Assembly (NCBI GenBank): GCA_038871515.1
Contig: JAVZHX010000002.1
Span: 141,815-205,814, forward strand
Length of the DNA stretch: 64,000 nt
Direction of reading: 5' to 3'
DNA from: Candidatus Micrarchaeia archaeon
GTDB taxonomy: Archaea > Micrarchaeota > Micrarchaeia > Burarchaeales > Fermentimicrarchaeaceae
In this document: positions 47,601 through 56,567 of the stretch, in pieces
How positions within the stretch are numbered: the first letter of the stretch is position 1
How the letters are laid out: each line of letters starts with the position of its first letter
Notes under the pieces: generated by a model
Told to the model about the DNA's origin: nothing
Databases searched by the model: none
What the model saw: the letters and a program-made list of their open reading frames with translations, nothing else
Program-made: the position numbers and the translations under genes

Positions 47601-47813
47601 CGCGCCGGTTATCCCAACTATGCAGATATGTGGGTTTGTTAAATACTGATAGGACCAGTTAAAAGGAACGTGAAATATTTTTGTTTTTCCAATGTAGATT
47701 GAGTTGGATGGGTCAAGCGCGATGAACTCTGCTGGCGGTTCAGGAGGCCTTACAAACAACGGCCTCTTTGCAAGCTCCTTGCTCATTATGGATTGAACGC
47801 GTATTTTTCCCAT
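44670..47813 (-). CDS. VirB4/HerA-like ATPase interrupted by an intein (mature ~509 aa)
   Basis: NPHICIVGITGAGK|SYFVK Walker A after splicing, IIDWAGEY, VVLDEAW Walker B, REGRKYNFGLIVASQ. Confidence 0.9.
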   Translation of the reverse strand: MGKIRVQSIMSKELAKRPLFVRPPEPPAEFIALDPSNSIYIGKTKIFHVPFNWSYQYLTNPHICIVGITGAGKSISPDEKVLVRVDGNEKLVRIGELVDSLIEQEGAEEIDGCTCVRNPNVEVYTFDSTLKAKWSRVVTAARKEAPEQMYKFTTSSGREVKTTGDHNIVVFRDGYIRVVKSSEVQPGDFVPTPRSINSNSNLDELNLLDLLGESKLYVTGLNFVRFSWEKIESNLPIDEQYDKYIRFYKHGRAVPLRYFRKLLRTSPLEKEEMKKLRIRARNGRINLPAILPITPELARLLGFITAEGNTAKDFIHVSNCNKEFLAEVERCASSVGSSSFRVRKGVRIASEPFIQLIKSLLLHKKSGERAVPSFIFSCSRKIISEYLRGYFEGDGSVEHHAVCATTKSRELANDLLYLLLKFGVNARVHSHWKRATNSSHSGSYYYRITISGKKNLEKFAEIGFAFKTKNEKLAKLLAKTKAHSNVDLIPEIGSVVNRLVKNGVLRRTQMTYSIAAGLRTPSREYLAGMLNEVESNFAGYAPQLSHQLSLDESEPTIWDDVEFLKLLSNSDIVWDRISNIEKINSNSPYVYDLEVDEEVFLAGFGGVFVHNSYFVKTFLSRAAFVWGSNAIIIDWAGEYRAWVKQAGGRIIALGKGDFINLMDLGGMKPLDRVKQIIRTLEILTDIGQYPEQKRLTEEALEETYKEAGFKLNEVEQKGADGKPLTPPTLKDVVKILEDKLKSGTYEFPAELENAIYRLRNFCRPGEDYFAQQSTVKLEELTEVGLVDVDMSGLPDEVMRGLAGLFILQFLKEKMRAAGWAATKGLRVLVVLDEAWKIAKDERSDAIMIVREGRKYNFGLIVASQNPTDIHEAIFSNVGTNFILRVKFQKFLDYIQGSLNFSDYMREEISKFGVGQCAVNMAFQTSTKFPETFLLERVHGEEPLEEYFLDVESILTQAQLADETIPKNYSFEKNELKNKLTEFGMDDIKASELINIFSKGNKHMDILEFVKFLDKNDLARSNITSFLKVIGMEDAMIIDIFNRIDSGG
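45981..47594 (-). mobile_element. Intein with LAGLIDADG homing endonuclease (538 aa)
   Basis: Starts SISPDEKV, block B TTGDH, LAGLIDADG-like LLGFITAEG and LRGYFEGDG, block F VYDLEV, ends VHN followed by Ser+1. Confidence 0.95.
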
Positions 47814-47822
47814 AAATATAAA

Positions 47823-48662
47823 TTATATTGCTCCCTTTAAATCTTTAGGTGTTGGCGGGAATGCAACCTCCCATTCAAAGCATCTTTTCATATCCTCTCC
47901 TGTGAGAGTTGTTATCTCTATATTCAGCGTGTTTGAGAAGTTCGCTTTGAGTTCATTTGCCTGTGCTTTTACAGTTGCTATTGCAGCTTCTGGGCTTACA
48001 CCAAGCGCGGTGGTTGTTATGTACATAATTGTTCCCATAGGCTTCTCTCCGGATGATAATCTGGCGAGCATCTCGTTCTGCCTTGCAACTTCCCTCTCCC
48101 ATTTGTCTATCATTATTGGGTCAGGGCGCGGTTTCTCCCTCTCCCTCCCGAGCCTCAGCTGTGCTGCAGCTCTTTTTGTTTCAATATCCTCCCTGAATTT
48201 AAGAATGTCTTCTATGTATGTCATTATGCAAAACTTAAATGGGAATTTTATGCTTGCAACTGCCCTCTCCCATAGATCCATATAGGAAGCCTGCTCCTCC
48301 TGAACGCCAACAGCTGCGGATTCATAGAACCTGGCGTAGAGGAACATTGTTGCGTAATACAAACCACCAACGTTTTTTATAATCACATCCTGCGAAGGAG
48401 GTATTTCAAACCCACCTGCACGTATTTCGGTTACCTTTAAAATTTTTGTTATTAACGGTAGAACCATAAAGCCAACTTTGTAGATTAAAACATCCAGCAC
48501 TGCGAAGAATATGCTGGCAAGCACTGCGATAATTCTGAAATCGCCTAAACCAGGTGAGGTTAAGCCAATCATCAAACATAGGAAGCAGATTCCGAGCGCT
48601 AGAGCTGTGAAAGTCTTTTCGTTCATTCCTATTGGGATTCCTCCAACTGGCATTTCAATCAC
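47823..48662 (-). CDS. Membrane-anchored adaptor paralog B (2 TM + soluble domain; possibly equivalent to VirB3 plus the VirB4 N-terminal part)
   Basis: Shares SQDVIIK..YYATMFL, LWERAV, LTGEDMKRCFE with neighbour; lies directly upstream of the ATPase. Confidence 0.65.
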   Translation of the reverse strand: MIEMPVGGIPIGMNEKTFTALALGICFLCLMIGLTSPGLGDFRIIAVLASIFFAVLDVLIYKVGFMVLPLITKILKVTEIRAGGFEIPPSQDVIIKNVGGLYYATMFLYARFYESAAVGVQEEQASYMDLWERAVASIKFPFKFCIMTYIEDILKFREDIETKRAAAQLRLGREREKPRPDPIMIDKWEREVARQNEMLARLSSGEKPMGTIMYITTTALGVSPEAAIATVKAQANELKANFSNTLNIEITTLTGEDMKRCFEWEVAFPPTPKDLKGAI

Positions 48663-49468
48663 ACCGATGGAGCTTCCTCCCTTATTAGGGGTGGCGCCAC
48701 ATACTCAACCTCAAAACATCTCTTCATATCCTCTCCAGTAAGAACTGCAACCTCGGCGTTTAGCGTTGTTGCAATTGTTGATTTTATCTCGTTTGCCTGG
48801 TTCTTCACAGTTGCAAGTGCCATTTCTGGTGTAGGGCCGGAAGCAGTTGTCATAACATACGTCATCTGCGCGATTGGGTTTTCCCCTGTTGATAGTTTTG
48901 AGAGCAAGTTATCCCACATCGCAACTTCTCTCTCAAGCGTTTCAATTTTCTGCTTATCTTCCTGGGGCTTTCCTCTCTCATCTGCAAGCTTCAGCTGAGC
49001 CTCTGCTTTTTTGTTCTCAACTATCGCTCTGTATTTTGATAAATCCTTAACATAGGAGATTAAAACGAATTTTGTAACCAGCTTCATGCTTGAAACTGCT
49101 CTCTCCCAAAGCTCCATAAAAGCAAACTTCTCCTCCTCACTTTTCTCTGTTGTTGATTCGTATATTTTAACTTGCAGAAACATGGATGCATAATACGTGT
49201 TGCCAATTTTTTTGATAACTGCGTCCTGTGTTGGTGTTATCTCATATGGCTCCTCAATTACATCTATCACCCTAACCTTTTTTGTTAAGAGAGGAACAAT
49301 CCAGTAACCATATTTGAATGTTATAAGCCCAACTGTTGATAGGGCAGCTGCAAGCGCTACAACAATTGGGGTGAGCCCACCGAATAAAGCACCACCTACA
49401 AATACTAGCACTACTAATGCTCCTGAAACGGCAAAGCAGATTAGTGCGATGTTTCTCTCAGCTGGCAT
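48659..49468 (-). CDS. Membrane-anchored adaptor paralog A
   Basis: TQDAVIK..YYASMFL, LWERAVSS, LTGEDMKRCFE; likely ATG 49468 with GGTG RBS. Confidence 0.65.
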   Translation of the reverse strand: MPAERNIALICFAVSGALVVLVFVGGALFGGLTPIVVALAAALSTVGLITFKYGYWIVPLLTKKVRVIDVIEEPYEITPTQDAVIKKIGNTYYASMFLQVKIYESTTEKSEEEKFAFMELWERAVSSMKLVTKFVLISYVKDLSKYRAIVENKKAEAQLKLADERGKPQEDKQKIETLEREVAMWDNLLSKLSTGENPIAQMTYVMTTASGPTPEMALATVKNQANEIKSTIATTLNAEVAVLTGEDMKRCFEVEYVAPPLIREEAPSV

Positions 49469-49476
49469 AACACCAC

Positions 49477-50481
49477 TTACAGAAGCCTTACTATTCCCTG
49501 CCCTATCTCGGTTATGTCTGCACCGAGTAATGGGGAGATTGTTCTTATAAATGTGAATGTCACAATGAGAACGAGCATTGGGTAATAGAATATTTTTAAC
49601 CAGACAGAGGATAACCAGCCCAGTATCCATGCAGAAGCAGCTCTCAGCTGGGGTGAGAGAGCTCTTTCGGTTGCAACATCAGATGCGCTTTCAAAATCGC
49701 TTTTGCATGCGCCAAACTCATCAAGATTGAACCCACCAATGCTGTTTCCAAGTTCATTTGCTTTATTTCTAACTTCAGATGGGTTTTCTGACATCATGGC
49801 AACAAACGTGAACATAATTGGATAGACGATTGACAACCCTATTCCAATTGCAATGAGCAAACCACCTGCACCTCTTGTCCATGGGAATATTCTCAATAAT
49901 ACTCCTGCGGGTATGAAAACTGTGAAGCCGGTGTTGTAGAAAAGGTGTATGAGAGCTCTCTGAAAAGCTGTGAGGATGGCTGCCATAGTCACAACATACG
50001 CTTGGAAGTGGAAGTGCTCGCTTACTGGTGATAGAATTAGCTCGAAGGGAGAGAAGTCTAACCCAGCTGCATTGAAGTAAAATGTGAATGTTGTGAGAAA
50101 CTCTATGATGAAGTTTATTCTGTAAACGTTGATATATATTGAATAAAGCGAGCTCATAACCCCGTCTAAGTAAACATATGCTTTTTTGTACGGGTTCATC
50201 CCACCGATCATTGTCTGAAATCCTTCGTTCAGCATGACATCCATCATAAAGATTAAACCACCAACAATCACTGCGCTTGCCAGCGCTTGATAAAATTCTG
50301 ATTTTGCCCATTTTCTCAATCCATCCAAATTCAGGGCAATGCCAAGCATATAAGCTAATGCGACAACAAGGAAAGCGGTTACAACTGCAGTTAATGCAAC
50401 TGGCTGCCAAACATTCCAAACTCCTTCAACTGCAACTGGAGTTGCACCCCAGGGTTCCGTCCACCAAATTATCTGCATCAT
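49477..50481 (-). CDS. VirB6/CedA-like polytopic membrane protein, paralog 6
   Basis: KWAKSEFYQ; PAGVLLRIFPWTRGAGGLLIAIGIGLSIVYP; C-terminal ISPLLGAD. Confidence 0.6.
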   Translation of the reverse strand: MMQIIWWTEPWGATPVAVEGVWNVWQPVALTAVVTAFLVVALAYMLGIALNLDGLRKWAKSEFYQALASAVIVGGLIFMMDVMLNEGFQTMIGGMNPYKKAYVYLDGVMSSLYSIYINVYRINFIIEFLTTFTFYFNAAGLDFSPFELILSPVSEHFHFQAYVVTMAAILTAFQRALIHLFYNTGFTVFIPAGVLLRIFPWTRGAGGLLIAIGIGLSIVYPIMFTFVAMMSENPSEVRNKANELGNSIGGFNLDEFGACKSDFESASDVATERALSPQLRAASAWILGWLSSVWLKIFYYPMLVLIVTFTFIRTISPLLGADITEIGQGIVRLL

Positions 50482-50489
50482 TTTTTCAC

Positions 50490-51521
50490 CTATATCAATC
50501 TTGTGAGGTTGCTCACATCTACCTCCTCACCCAACGCATACGAAAGTCCTTTCACAAAAGATATTAAGATCATGAACATAACAAGTGGCATAAAGATTGC
50601 ACCAACAATTGTTTTTCCTATGAAGCCAACGAAGAACTCGGAAAGGGGATTACCTGTGAACCAGCTTGGGTCGGTTGGACTGAGACCTGATTCCTTGAAT
50701 GAGTCTGACATACCTTCATAGCTCATCTGCACATCTCCGAGCACTGCGCCGTAGAAGAGAACTGCAAGAAGAGGGTAAAAGAAAAAGAAGCCAATTGCTA
50801 ATGCTATCAAACCTCCTCCAAACCCTCTTGTTGCACCAAAAGATCTTAGAAGAACACCTATTGGGAAGAGGATGACGAATAAGCTTTCCATCATTTTCAG
50901 CAGAACCATCTGGGTTAGCACCATTATTGCTGATGTCATGAGAACAATCATTGCCATGGTGAGGCTGCTTGATATGTCGCTGAAAACCGCCAGCGGGCTG
51001 ATCATCACGCCGACTCCTCCAGGTGCTTTTCCAATCGTCATTGTTGCAACGGACGACATAACTGCATTCAACCCAGCTACTGTCACGTAGCCAGTCATTA
51101 TTGTTGAGTAGAAGTCACTCAAATAACCGAATGCAACGTTTATCATGTTGCAGTTATCCCCTGTACAGCCCGTGTCTATCCCCAAAGTGTTCAAATCAAG
51201 CGAGCAGAGGAAGGAAACAAACCCAATTACAAAAATAGTTATTGCCATAGCGAGTATTGCCTCCTCCATCTGCTCCTTTGCCCACAGCGTAACTTTTCGG
51301 TGAACAAGCACGTGCCCCAACGTATAAACAAACGCTGCAACTAGGAAAACAGTTGAGGCAGCAAGGATGGATAAACTCTGCCAATTCCCCCAGTAGGTTT
51401 CGAACTCGGAGCTCACTGCTCCTGAACTGCATGCTGGCTTTACTGTTAATGTCCCTCCAGTAGCGGTACAGCCAAACCACATCAGCGAGAGCAGTAACAA
51501 ACCAATTATGTATTTTTTCAT
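50490..51521 (-). CDS. VirB6/CedA-like polytopic membrane protein, paralog 5
   Basis: WAKEQMEE; PIGVLLRSFGATRGFGGGLIALAIGFFFFYP; signal/lipobox-like N-terminus WFGC. Confidence 0.6.
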   Translation of the reverse strand: MKKYIIGLLLLSLMWFGCTATGGTLTVKPACSSGAVSSEFETYWGNWQSLSILAASTVFLVAAFVYTLGHVLVHRKVTLWAKEQMEEAILAMAITIFVIGFVSFLCSLDLNTLGIDTGCTGDNCNMINVAFGYLSDFYSTIMTGYVTVAGLNAVMSSVATMTIGKAPGGVGVMISPLAVFSDISSSLTMAMIVLMTSAIMVLTQMVLLKMMESLFVILFPIGVLLRSFGATRGFGGGLIALAIGFFFFYPLLAVLFYGAVLGDVQMSYEGMSDSFKESGLSPTDPSWFTGNPLSEFFVGFIGKTIVGAIFMPLVMFMILISFVKGLSYALGEEVDVSNLTRLI

Positions 51522-52450
51522 ATCAACCCACTCAGTCCACCTAAATCTATTTCGGCACCGAATATTTTTGCAAGCTCATTTATCAACACCAATGTGACTA
51601 TGAGGTTGAACATTGGCATGAATATAACAAATATGAATAAATAAAGAATTGCTGGATAGGCAACAAACTTTATAAGAGAGAGGAACATATTCCCACCAAA
51701 GTCAGGTGTGTTTGTTGTGCAGCTCATAGGATCATCACGACAGCTGCTTCCCAACCCAAGCGCATTGGCGAAGTTACGAGCACCTCCGACAAGTGCCAAT
51801 GGTTTTATTGTTTCGTCGTATATTGCCTTGTCAAACACCCAGAGGAAGGGATAGAAAATGTAGAAACCAAGGAAAACTGCTATGATTGCGCCTCCTGCAG
51901 GTCTGCTGAATGGAAATGCTCTGAGTGCTATTCCTATTGGAAGGAGGATTTGGAACTGTGTTTTTATGAATGTGAGAAAGGAACCCTGGCCGAGCAGAAG
52001 CCCAATCCCACCGAGCACTGCTTCCATTCCAAGCGACAGCATTGAGGTGACTGGAGCCAAACCAACAAATGGGTTTATGTTGAAACCTGTTTGAGTGGGC
52101 ATTGCTTTGAAGACAAGACTCTGTAGCATCCCAAAAAATGCATCCATCTCAACAATTGCAATGAAGAAACTCATCATCGAAGTGGTGAGCATGCTTATGT
52201 AATTTGATACAATTCCAAATGGATCCGCTCCATATAGACTTACCATAGTAGCGTCAATTGTTGATATAAAGGAGAGAAGCAGAACTGCAAGCAAACCACT
52301 GGCTATTGCTTGGTAAAGCTCATCCTTTGCCCAAGCCTGAAGCTTTGGCAGATGGAAGCCCATCCCAACCATATAAGCAAGCGCAACAAAACCAAACATC
52401 AGTGAGATAACCGCAAAGGTTATTCCATACCATTCAGCCCAGCTTACCAT
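51518..52450 (-). CDS. VirB6/CedA-like polytopic membrane protein, paralog 4
   Basis: WAKDELYQ; PIGIALRAFPFSRPAGGAIIAVFLGFYIFYP. Confidence 0.6.
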   Translation of the reverse strand: MVSWAEWYGITFAVISLMFGFVALAYMVGMGFHLPKLQAWAKDELYQAIASGLLAVLLLSFISTIDATMVSLYGADPFGIVSNYISMLTTSMMSFFIAIVEMDAFFGMLQSLVFKAMPTQTGFNINPFVGLAPVTSMLSLGMEAVLGGIGLLLGQGSFLTFIKTQFQILLPIGIALRAFPFSRPAGGAIIAVFLGFYIFYPFLWVFDKAIYDETIKPLALVGGARNFANALGLGSSCRDDPMSCTTNTPDFGGNMFLSLIKFVAYPAILYLFIFVIFMPMFNLIVTLVLINELAKIFGAEIDLGGLSGLI

Positions 52451-52458
52451 TTTTTCAC

Positions 52459-53634
52459 CTACAATATTCTTGTAAGACCGGCAATTTCAACATCTCCTCC
52501 AAGCTGCGGGGAGAGAACTTTGATGAACGAAATTGTGACAAGAATTATAAGCAGTGGCAGGAATGTGCCTGGCACCATGAGGTAACCTACTGTTGGGAGA
52601 ACGCCATTGTAAGGAGTCATCATCCCCGCGTATACGTCTGAGCCGTATCCGCCACACAAATGTTTGCTCTCTCCACTTTCAACGATTGTTGTGCAAGAGG
52701 AACCAGGGCAGTCTGCATTACTAACGCACCCATTTTTGAAAAGGAATGATGGATCCCAGTAGTTTGCAACTGCTTGAGGAAGCCCTGGGATTACGTAAAC
52801 TACTAAACCTGCTACTCCAGTGCAGAAGGGTCTGGTTCCATCTCCTTCAGGAAGAAAGTTGCCAGTGCAAGCCCACGTGTTTGGGTCGTTACCTGTGTAA
52901 TAGAAAGTGTGCGCATTGAAAGTGAAGTAGCTTTCAAGCATCACGTAAAGTAATGGGTAGATTGTGTAAAGAGCAAGCGCTATTGCTATAAGTAAACCGC
53001 CAACTCTCCTTGAGAAAAAGAAAGTTCTCAAGATGATACCCATCGCAAGCAAGCTTGGGAAGAGGGCTTGCTTTATGAAAGTTAACATGTACCACTGTGC
53101 TATGATGCTTGAGAGCATTGGAAGCAGAACTGAGAAAGTGTATTCAAGCGAGTCAAGCACCATACTTCCCCCTTTCCAAAGATACCATGAGAAACCGAAT
53201 GCGGTTCTGCATTGCCCTATGATGCACAAACCACCTTCTGGGCCAACAGTGAAATCATAGAATTTTCCCATATTTGTTATCATACCCACTCTTATACTCA
53301 AATTGAATATGTGCTCAACTTGCTTTGTTACATTTAGTTTCAGTTTGTTGAGTATTCCAATTGCAACATCAACATGGTCTTGCCCAGGAGTGCATTTTCC
53401 AGTAACAGTACAGGAGAAGTTGGCGATTGCAGTTACTATTATAATGGCTGCTCCAACAATAAATGCGCTTGCAAGTGCTTGGTAAAGCTCATCCTTTGCC
53501 CAAACTTCCAACCTGCGTATACCAAAAACGTGGGAGAGCGCATAGGCGAGAGCAGCAAAAAGAATGGAAAGCACTGCTGCAGCTACTGCAACTGACTGCC
53601 AACTGCTCCATAAAGTTGCAAATGCACTACTCAT
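52459..53634 (-). CDS. VirB6/CedA-like polytopic membrane protein, paralog 3 (Cys-rich loops)
   Basis: WAKDELYQ; MGIILRTFFFSRRVGGLLIAIALALYTIYP; CVSNADCPGSSC insert. Confidence 0.6.
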   Translation of the reverse strand: MSSAFATLWSSWQSVAVAAAVLSILFAALAYALSHVFGIRRLEVWAKDELYQALASAFIVGAAIIIVTAIANFSCTVTGKCTPGQDHVDVAIGILNKLKLNVTKQVEHIFNLSIRVGMITNMGKFYDFTVGPEGGLCIIGQCRTAFGFSWYLWKGGSMVLDSLEYTFSVLLPMLSSIIAQWYMLTFIKQALFPSLLAMGIILRTFFFSRRVGGLLIAIALALYTIYPLLYVMLESYFTFNAHTFYYTGNDPNTWACTGNFLPEGDGTRPFCTGVAGLVVYVIPGLPQAVANYWDPSFLFKNGCVSNADCPGSSCTTIVESGESKHLCGGYGSDVYAGMMTPYNGVLPTVGYLMVPGTFLPLLIILVTISFIKVLSPQLGGDVEIAGLTRIL

Positions 53635-55526
53635 TGAAATACCTCTTCAAAATTCTGGCTTAAAATCCTTGCTGCATTCTTTACGAACGTGAGAGTTATA
53701 ACTAAATTTAGAGTTGGGAGGAATACTGCTTGTGGGATGAGAAAAGCTGCCTCCTTCATAAGGTGGTACAATGCTATCAGTGCAAGCGGTATAAATGGTG
53801 AAACTACGCCCGTGAGGAAGGATGGGACAAACGCTTCAACAAGAGGTAGTGAAATTTGGGGTATCACGGTGTCAACAATCATCTTATTCATAACAAAACA
53901 GAGCGGATACACAATATACAAACCAAGCGCTAGAGCGATAAGCATTGCACCTGCTTTTCTTAGGAATGGAAATATTCTGAACAGAATCCCAAGCGGGAGC
54001 ATTATTCTGAAAGCAAATGCTTGTATAATTGATAAACCTATATCTTGAACCATAAGGCTTGCTGAAATGCCCGCAAAGAAAGAGTAGATGTAGTCAAAAC
54101 AAACTGCAACTGCTCTCAAACCTGCGTTTGGCATGAAACCAGTTCCAAGTCCTCCTGGCCCAACCATCATCTTATAACCCGCAACCATCTGGCAGATGAT
54201 GCTGTACTGGAAAGCAGTTGTTGCGAGGTTGAGTGTTTTATCCCATACCAAACCATTGAGGTAGGTATGGGCTATATTGAATGGGTCATCTCCTGCCAGA
54301 GTTATGAAAACATTGCAAATAACGCTGAGCACAAGTATTAACAGTATCATAATCGCAACAGAGATTATTATTTGGTAAAATTCGTCCTTCACCCAAACTT
54401 CCCACTCTTTCTTCACAAGTATTTTTGACACCATATACACAACTGCAAGCAAAAGCAGAATTGTTCCCAACCCCATAAACGCAAGGTAGATCCACCCCCC
54501 GCTCCACCACTCATCGCTGATGCAGCAGGGGGGGTAAGGTGGTGTTGGAGGGCATGCGATGCTTGTTGAAGGAGGGGCTGCCGGTGCAACAACCGTATAT
54601 GTAACAGAGACGCTTCTGACATTCCCCTGGCTGTCTGTTGCTGTCACTACCATTGTGTGGGTACCGACAGAGGTGGAGTAACCTGTATGAGAGACGGTTG
54701 GGTTCGGATCGCAGTTATCCGTTGCTGAGTAGGATGGGAGAGGCACCATACCTGCCATATATGTTGCACCATCTGTAGGGGAGAGTATAGTTATTGTTGG
54801 AGCCTGAGAGTCTTGGGATTGAATTTCAAGTTTATACGTCACTCCTGTTGGGTTCTGCGTGAGAGTTGGGTCGTCTGGTTCATCCAAATCATAATTTCTT
54901 ACCAGGATGTCCAGTTCATTCTGTCCGTCATGTATGAAATTTTTGACATCAAATGTGTAGATTGTTGTCCAGGGTTGGTCTCCGGGTCCCCAGGTGGCAA
55001 CTCCGGTTATTTCATCAACAGTCGCGACTAATGCACCGTTTATTCTTATCTGAAATGCATCATCTCCAGTTATTTTCAAAGTTGCAGATGTTACGGAGCA
55101 GACATCAAAACATTTCTTGAACTCCCTCCACGTATCTCTGTGGAAGTCAAGGGAGTTGTTGTATTCATATGATATCCAATGTATTGTTGGGTCGTTGTCG
55201 ATATGAGGCCTTGTTGCTTCGGTATCACAAGCGGCAACAACCGCATCCTTCCACGGAGTCCAAGTTGATGGGTCGGACACATTTTGATTGTCAAGCTCCT
55301 CAGCATGTCTCACTATATCTTTAGTATCACTTACCATCGCAGCTGAAGGAAGGCGCATATCCGCAACTCTACATGTTCCAACTCCACCACCACCGCCTCC
55401 TCCTCCACCACCGCCATTTGCAGCTATCCAGGAGAAAACAGGTGTTTGCATTAAAAGTAATACAAGAAGGCATTTCCAATAACTTACTCTGAATGCTCCC
55501 CCCAAGTATTTTTTTCTGAGTTTCAT
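53631..55526 (-). CDS. VirB6/CedA-like membrane protein, paralog 2, fused to N-terminal jelly-roll (galactose-binding-like) and Ig-like domains
   Basis: Signal peptide, G11 linker, SATLKITGDD..INGALV..GQNELDILVRN; WVKDEFYQ; PLGILFRIFPFLRKAGAMLIALALGLYIVYP. Confidence 0.6.
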   Translation of the reverse strand: MKLRKKYLGGAFRVSYWKCLLVLLLMQTPVFSWIAANGGGGGGGGGGGVGTCRVADMRLPSAAMVSDTKDIVRHAEELDNQNVSDPSTWTPWKDAVVAACDTEATRPHIDNDPTIHWISYEYNNSLDFHRDTWREFKKCFDVCSVTSATLKITGDDAFQIRINGALVATVDEITGVATWGPGDQPWTTIYTFDVKNFIHDGQNELDILVRNYDLDEPDDPTLTQNPTGVTYKLEIQSQDSQAPTITILSPTDGATYMAGMVPLPSYSATDNCDPNPTVSHTGYSTSVGTHTMVVTATDSQGNVRSVSVTYTVVAPAAPPSTSIACPPTPPYPPCCISDEWWSGGWIYLAFMGLGTILLLLAVVYMVSKILVKKEWEVWVKDEFYQIIISVAIMILLILVLSVICNVFITLAGDDPFNIAHTYLNGLVWDKTLNLATTAFQYSIICQMVAGYKMMVGPGGLGTGFMPNAGLRAVAVCFDYIYSFFAGISASLMVQDIGLSIIQAFAFRIMLPLGILFRIFPFLRKAGAMLIALALGLYIVYPLCFVMNKMIVDTVIPQISLPLVEAFVPSFLTGVVSPFIPLALIALYHLMKEAAFLIPQAVFLPTLNLVITLTFVKNAARILSQNFEEVFQ

Positions 55527-56503
55527 ACCAATCTAGCCAGCCCAAACAAATCCGGATCCCCTCCAAGCGCACCTGCAAGGGAACGGATTGATGATAGAGT
55601 GATTATAACAACTATCACGAATAATGCTGAGATTATCACAAAGTTTTGCATGAGCGCAGTTATTAGATTGATTATAGAGGTAATATCCCAAGAGACAGCT
55701 CCAAAAGTTGCGTTTCCTGCGAAATCAAATACGTTGCCCGGGTCTCCCGGTGCAGTAACTGCTCTGTAGCCTAAGTAAACATTCCAGCTATAGATTATTG
55801 CAAGTGGGTATATAATGTAAGCACCAATTGCAATTGCAATTATTGTCCCACCAGCAACTCTTGTTGTTGGGAATGTTCTCATCAAAACTCCAAGAGGAAG
55901 GAAATACTTCAGCATTGTGTATCTGAAGAAATCAAGAAGCACCTGCTCTGCTAGAAGCACAGCAAGCATTGCGGATATAACATTGAAAACAGTGTTTATT
56001 CCAGTTGTCACTGGTCCAAGCCCAGCCCAAGGTGAAACAAACGAGCCGAAGCGAATGGTAACGATTGTTGGGAGAGGAGGCGGTAGAATTGGTATCGGGA
56101 TGAAAAAACTGAACATAAGAGTTGAAATGGCGCTTATTAGGAAGTTTGCAAGGAAAATTGAGAGCCATATGCTCATTGTCTCAAGCAGCATCATATCGAG
56201 AGCATTATGCGCCACCTCAAATGGGTTGCCTCCCGCCAGGTTTATTGAAATTCCAAAAAGAATGTTAACAAGTAGGATAAGAACACCGACAATCACTCCA
56301 CTTATGAATATCTCATACATCTCCGTCTTCGCCCACTCCTCAAGCTCCCTGTAGTGAAACCCAATTGCAACAGCATAAGCTAAACCAATTATTCCAAAAG
56401 AAACAGCCAATGCAGTTAAAGCAGTTGTCTCCCACCCACCTAGGAATATGCCACCGCTTAACTGTGCTTGAGTTATCTGAAGAATTGCCAAAGGGAGAGG
56501 CAT
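55523..56503 (-). CDS. VirB6/CedA-like polytopic membrane protein, paralog 1
   Basis: WAKTEMYE; PLGVLMRTFPTTRVAGGTIIAIAIGAYIIYP; C-terminal LGGDPDLFGLARLV. Confidence 0.6.
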   Translation of the reverse strand: MPLPLAILQITQAQLSGGIFLGGWETTALTALAVSFGIIGLAYAVAIGFHYRELEEWAKTEMYEIFISGVIVGVLILLVNILFGISINLAGGNPFEVAHNALDMMLLETMSIWLSIFLANFLISAISTLMFSFFIPIPILPPPLPTIVTIRFGSFVSPWAGLGPVTTGINTVFNVISAMLAVLLAEQVLLDFFRYTMLKYFLPLGVLMRTFPTTRVAGGTIIAIAIGAYIIYPLAIIYSWNVYLGYRAVTAPGDPGNVFDFAGNATFGAVSWDITSIINLITALMQNFVIISALFVIVVIITLSSIRSLAGALGGDPDLFGLARLV

Positions 56504-56549
56504 ATTATCTATTTTGTGATCTGGTTGTTTTTAAAACTAACTGAAAGTT

Positions 56550-56565
56550 GAAAAAAGAAAAAGGA
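56550..56565 (-). terminator. Oligo-T terminator-like tract after pilin 2 (similar tract at 56931-56948 after pilin 1)
   Basis: Minus strand reads TTTTTCTTTTTT just after the stop codon. Confidence 0.5.
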
Positions 56566-56567
56566 GT

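Noticed and set aside
49469..49630. N-terminal extensions in the ORF track (also 2614-2670, 18733-18807, 19331-19495, 21079-21150, 24918-24974, 56910-56987)
   Set aside because: They overlap neighbouring genes or intergenic signals; downstream starts fit RBS position and/or family length
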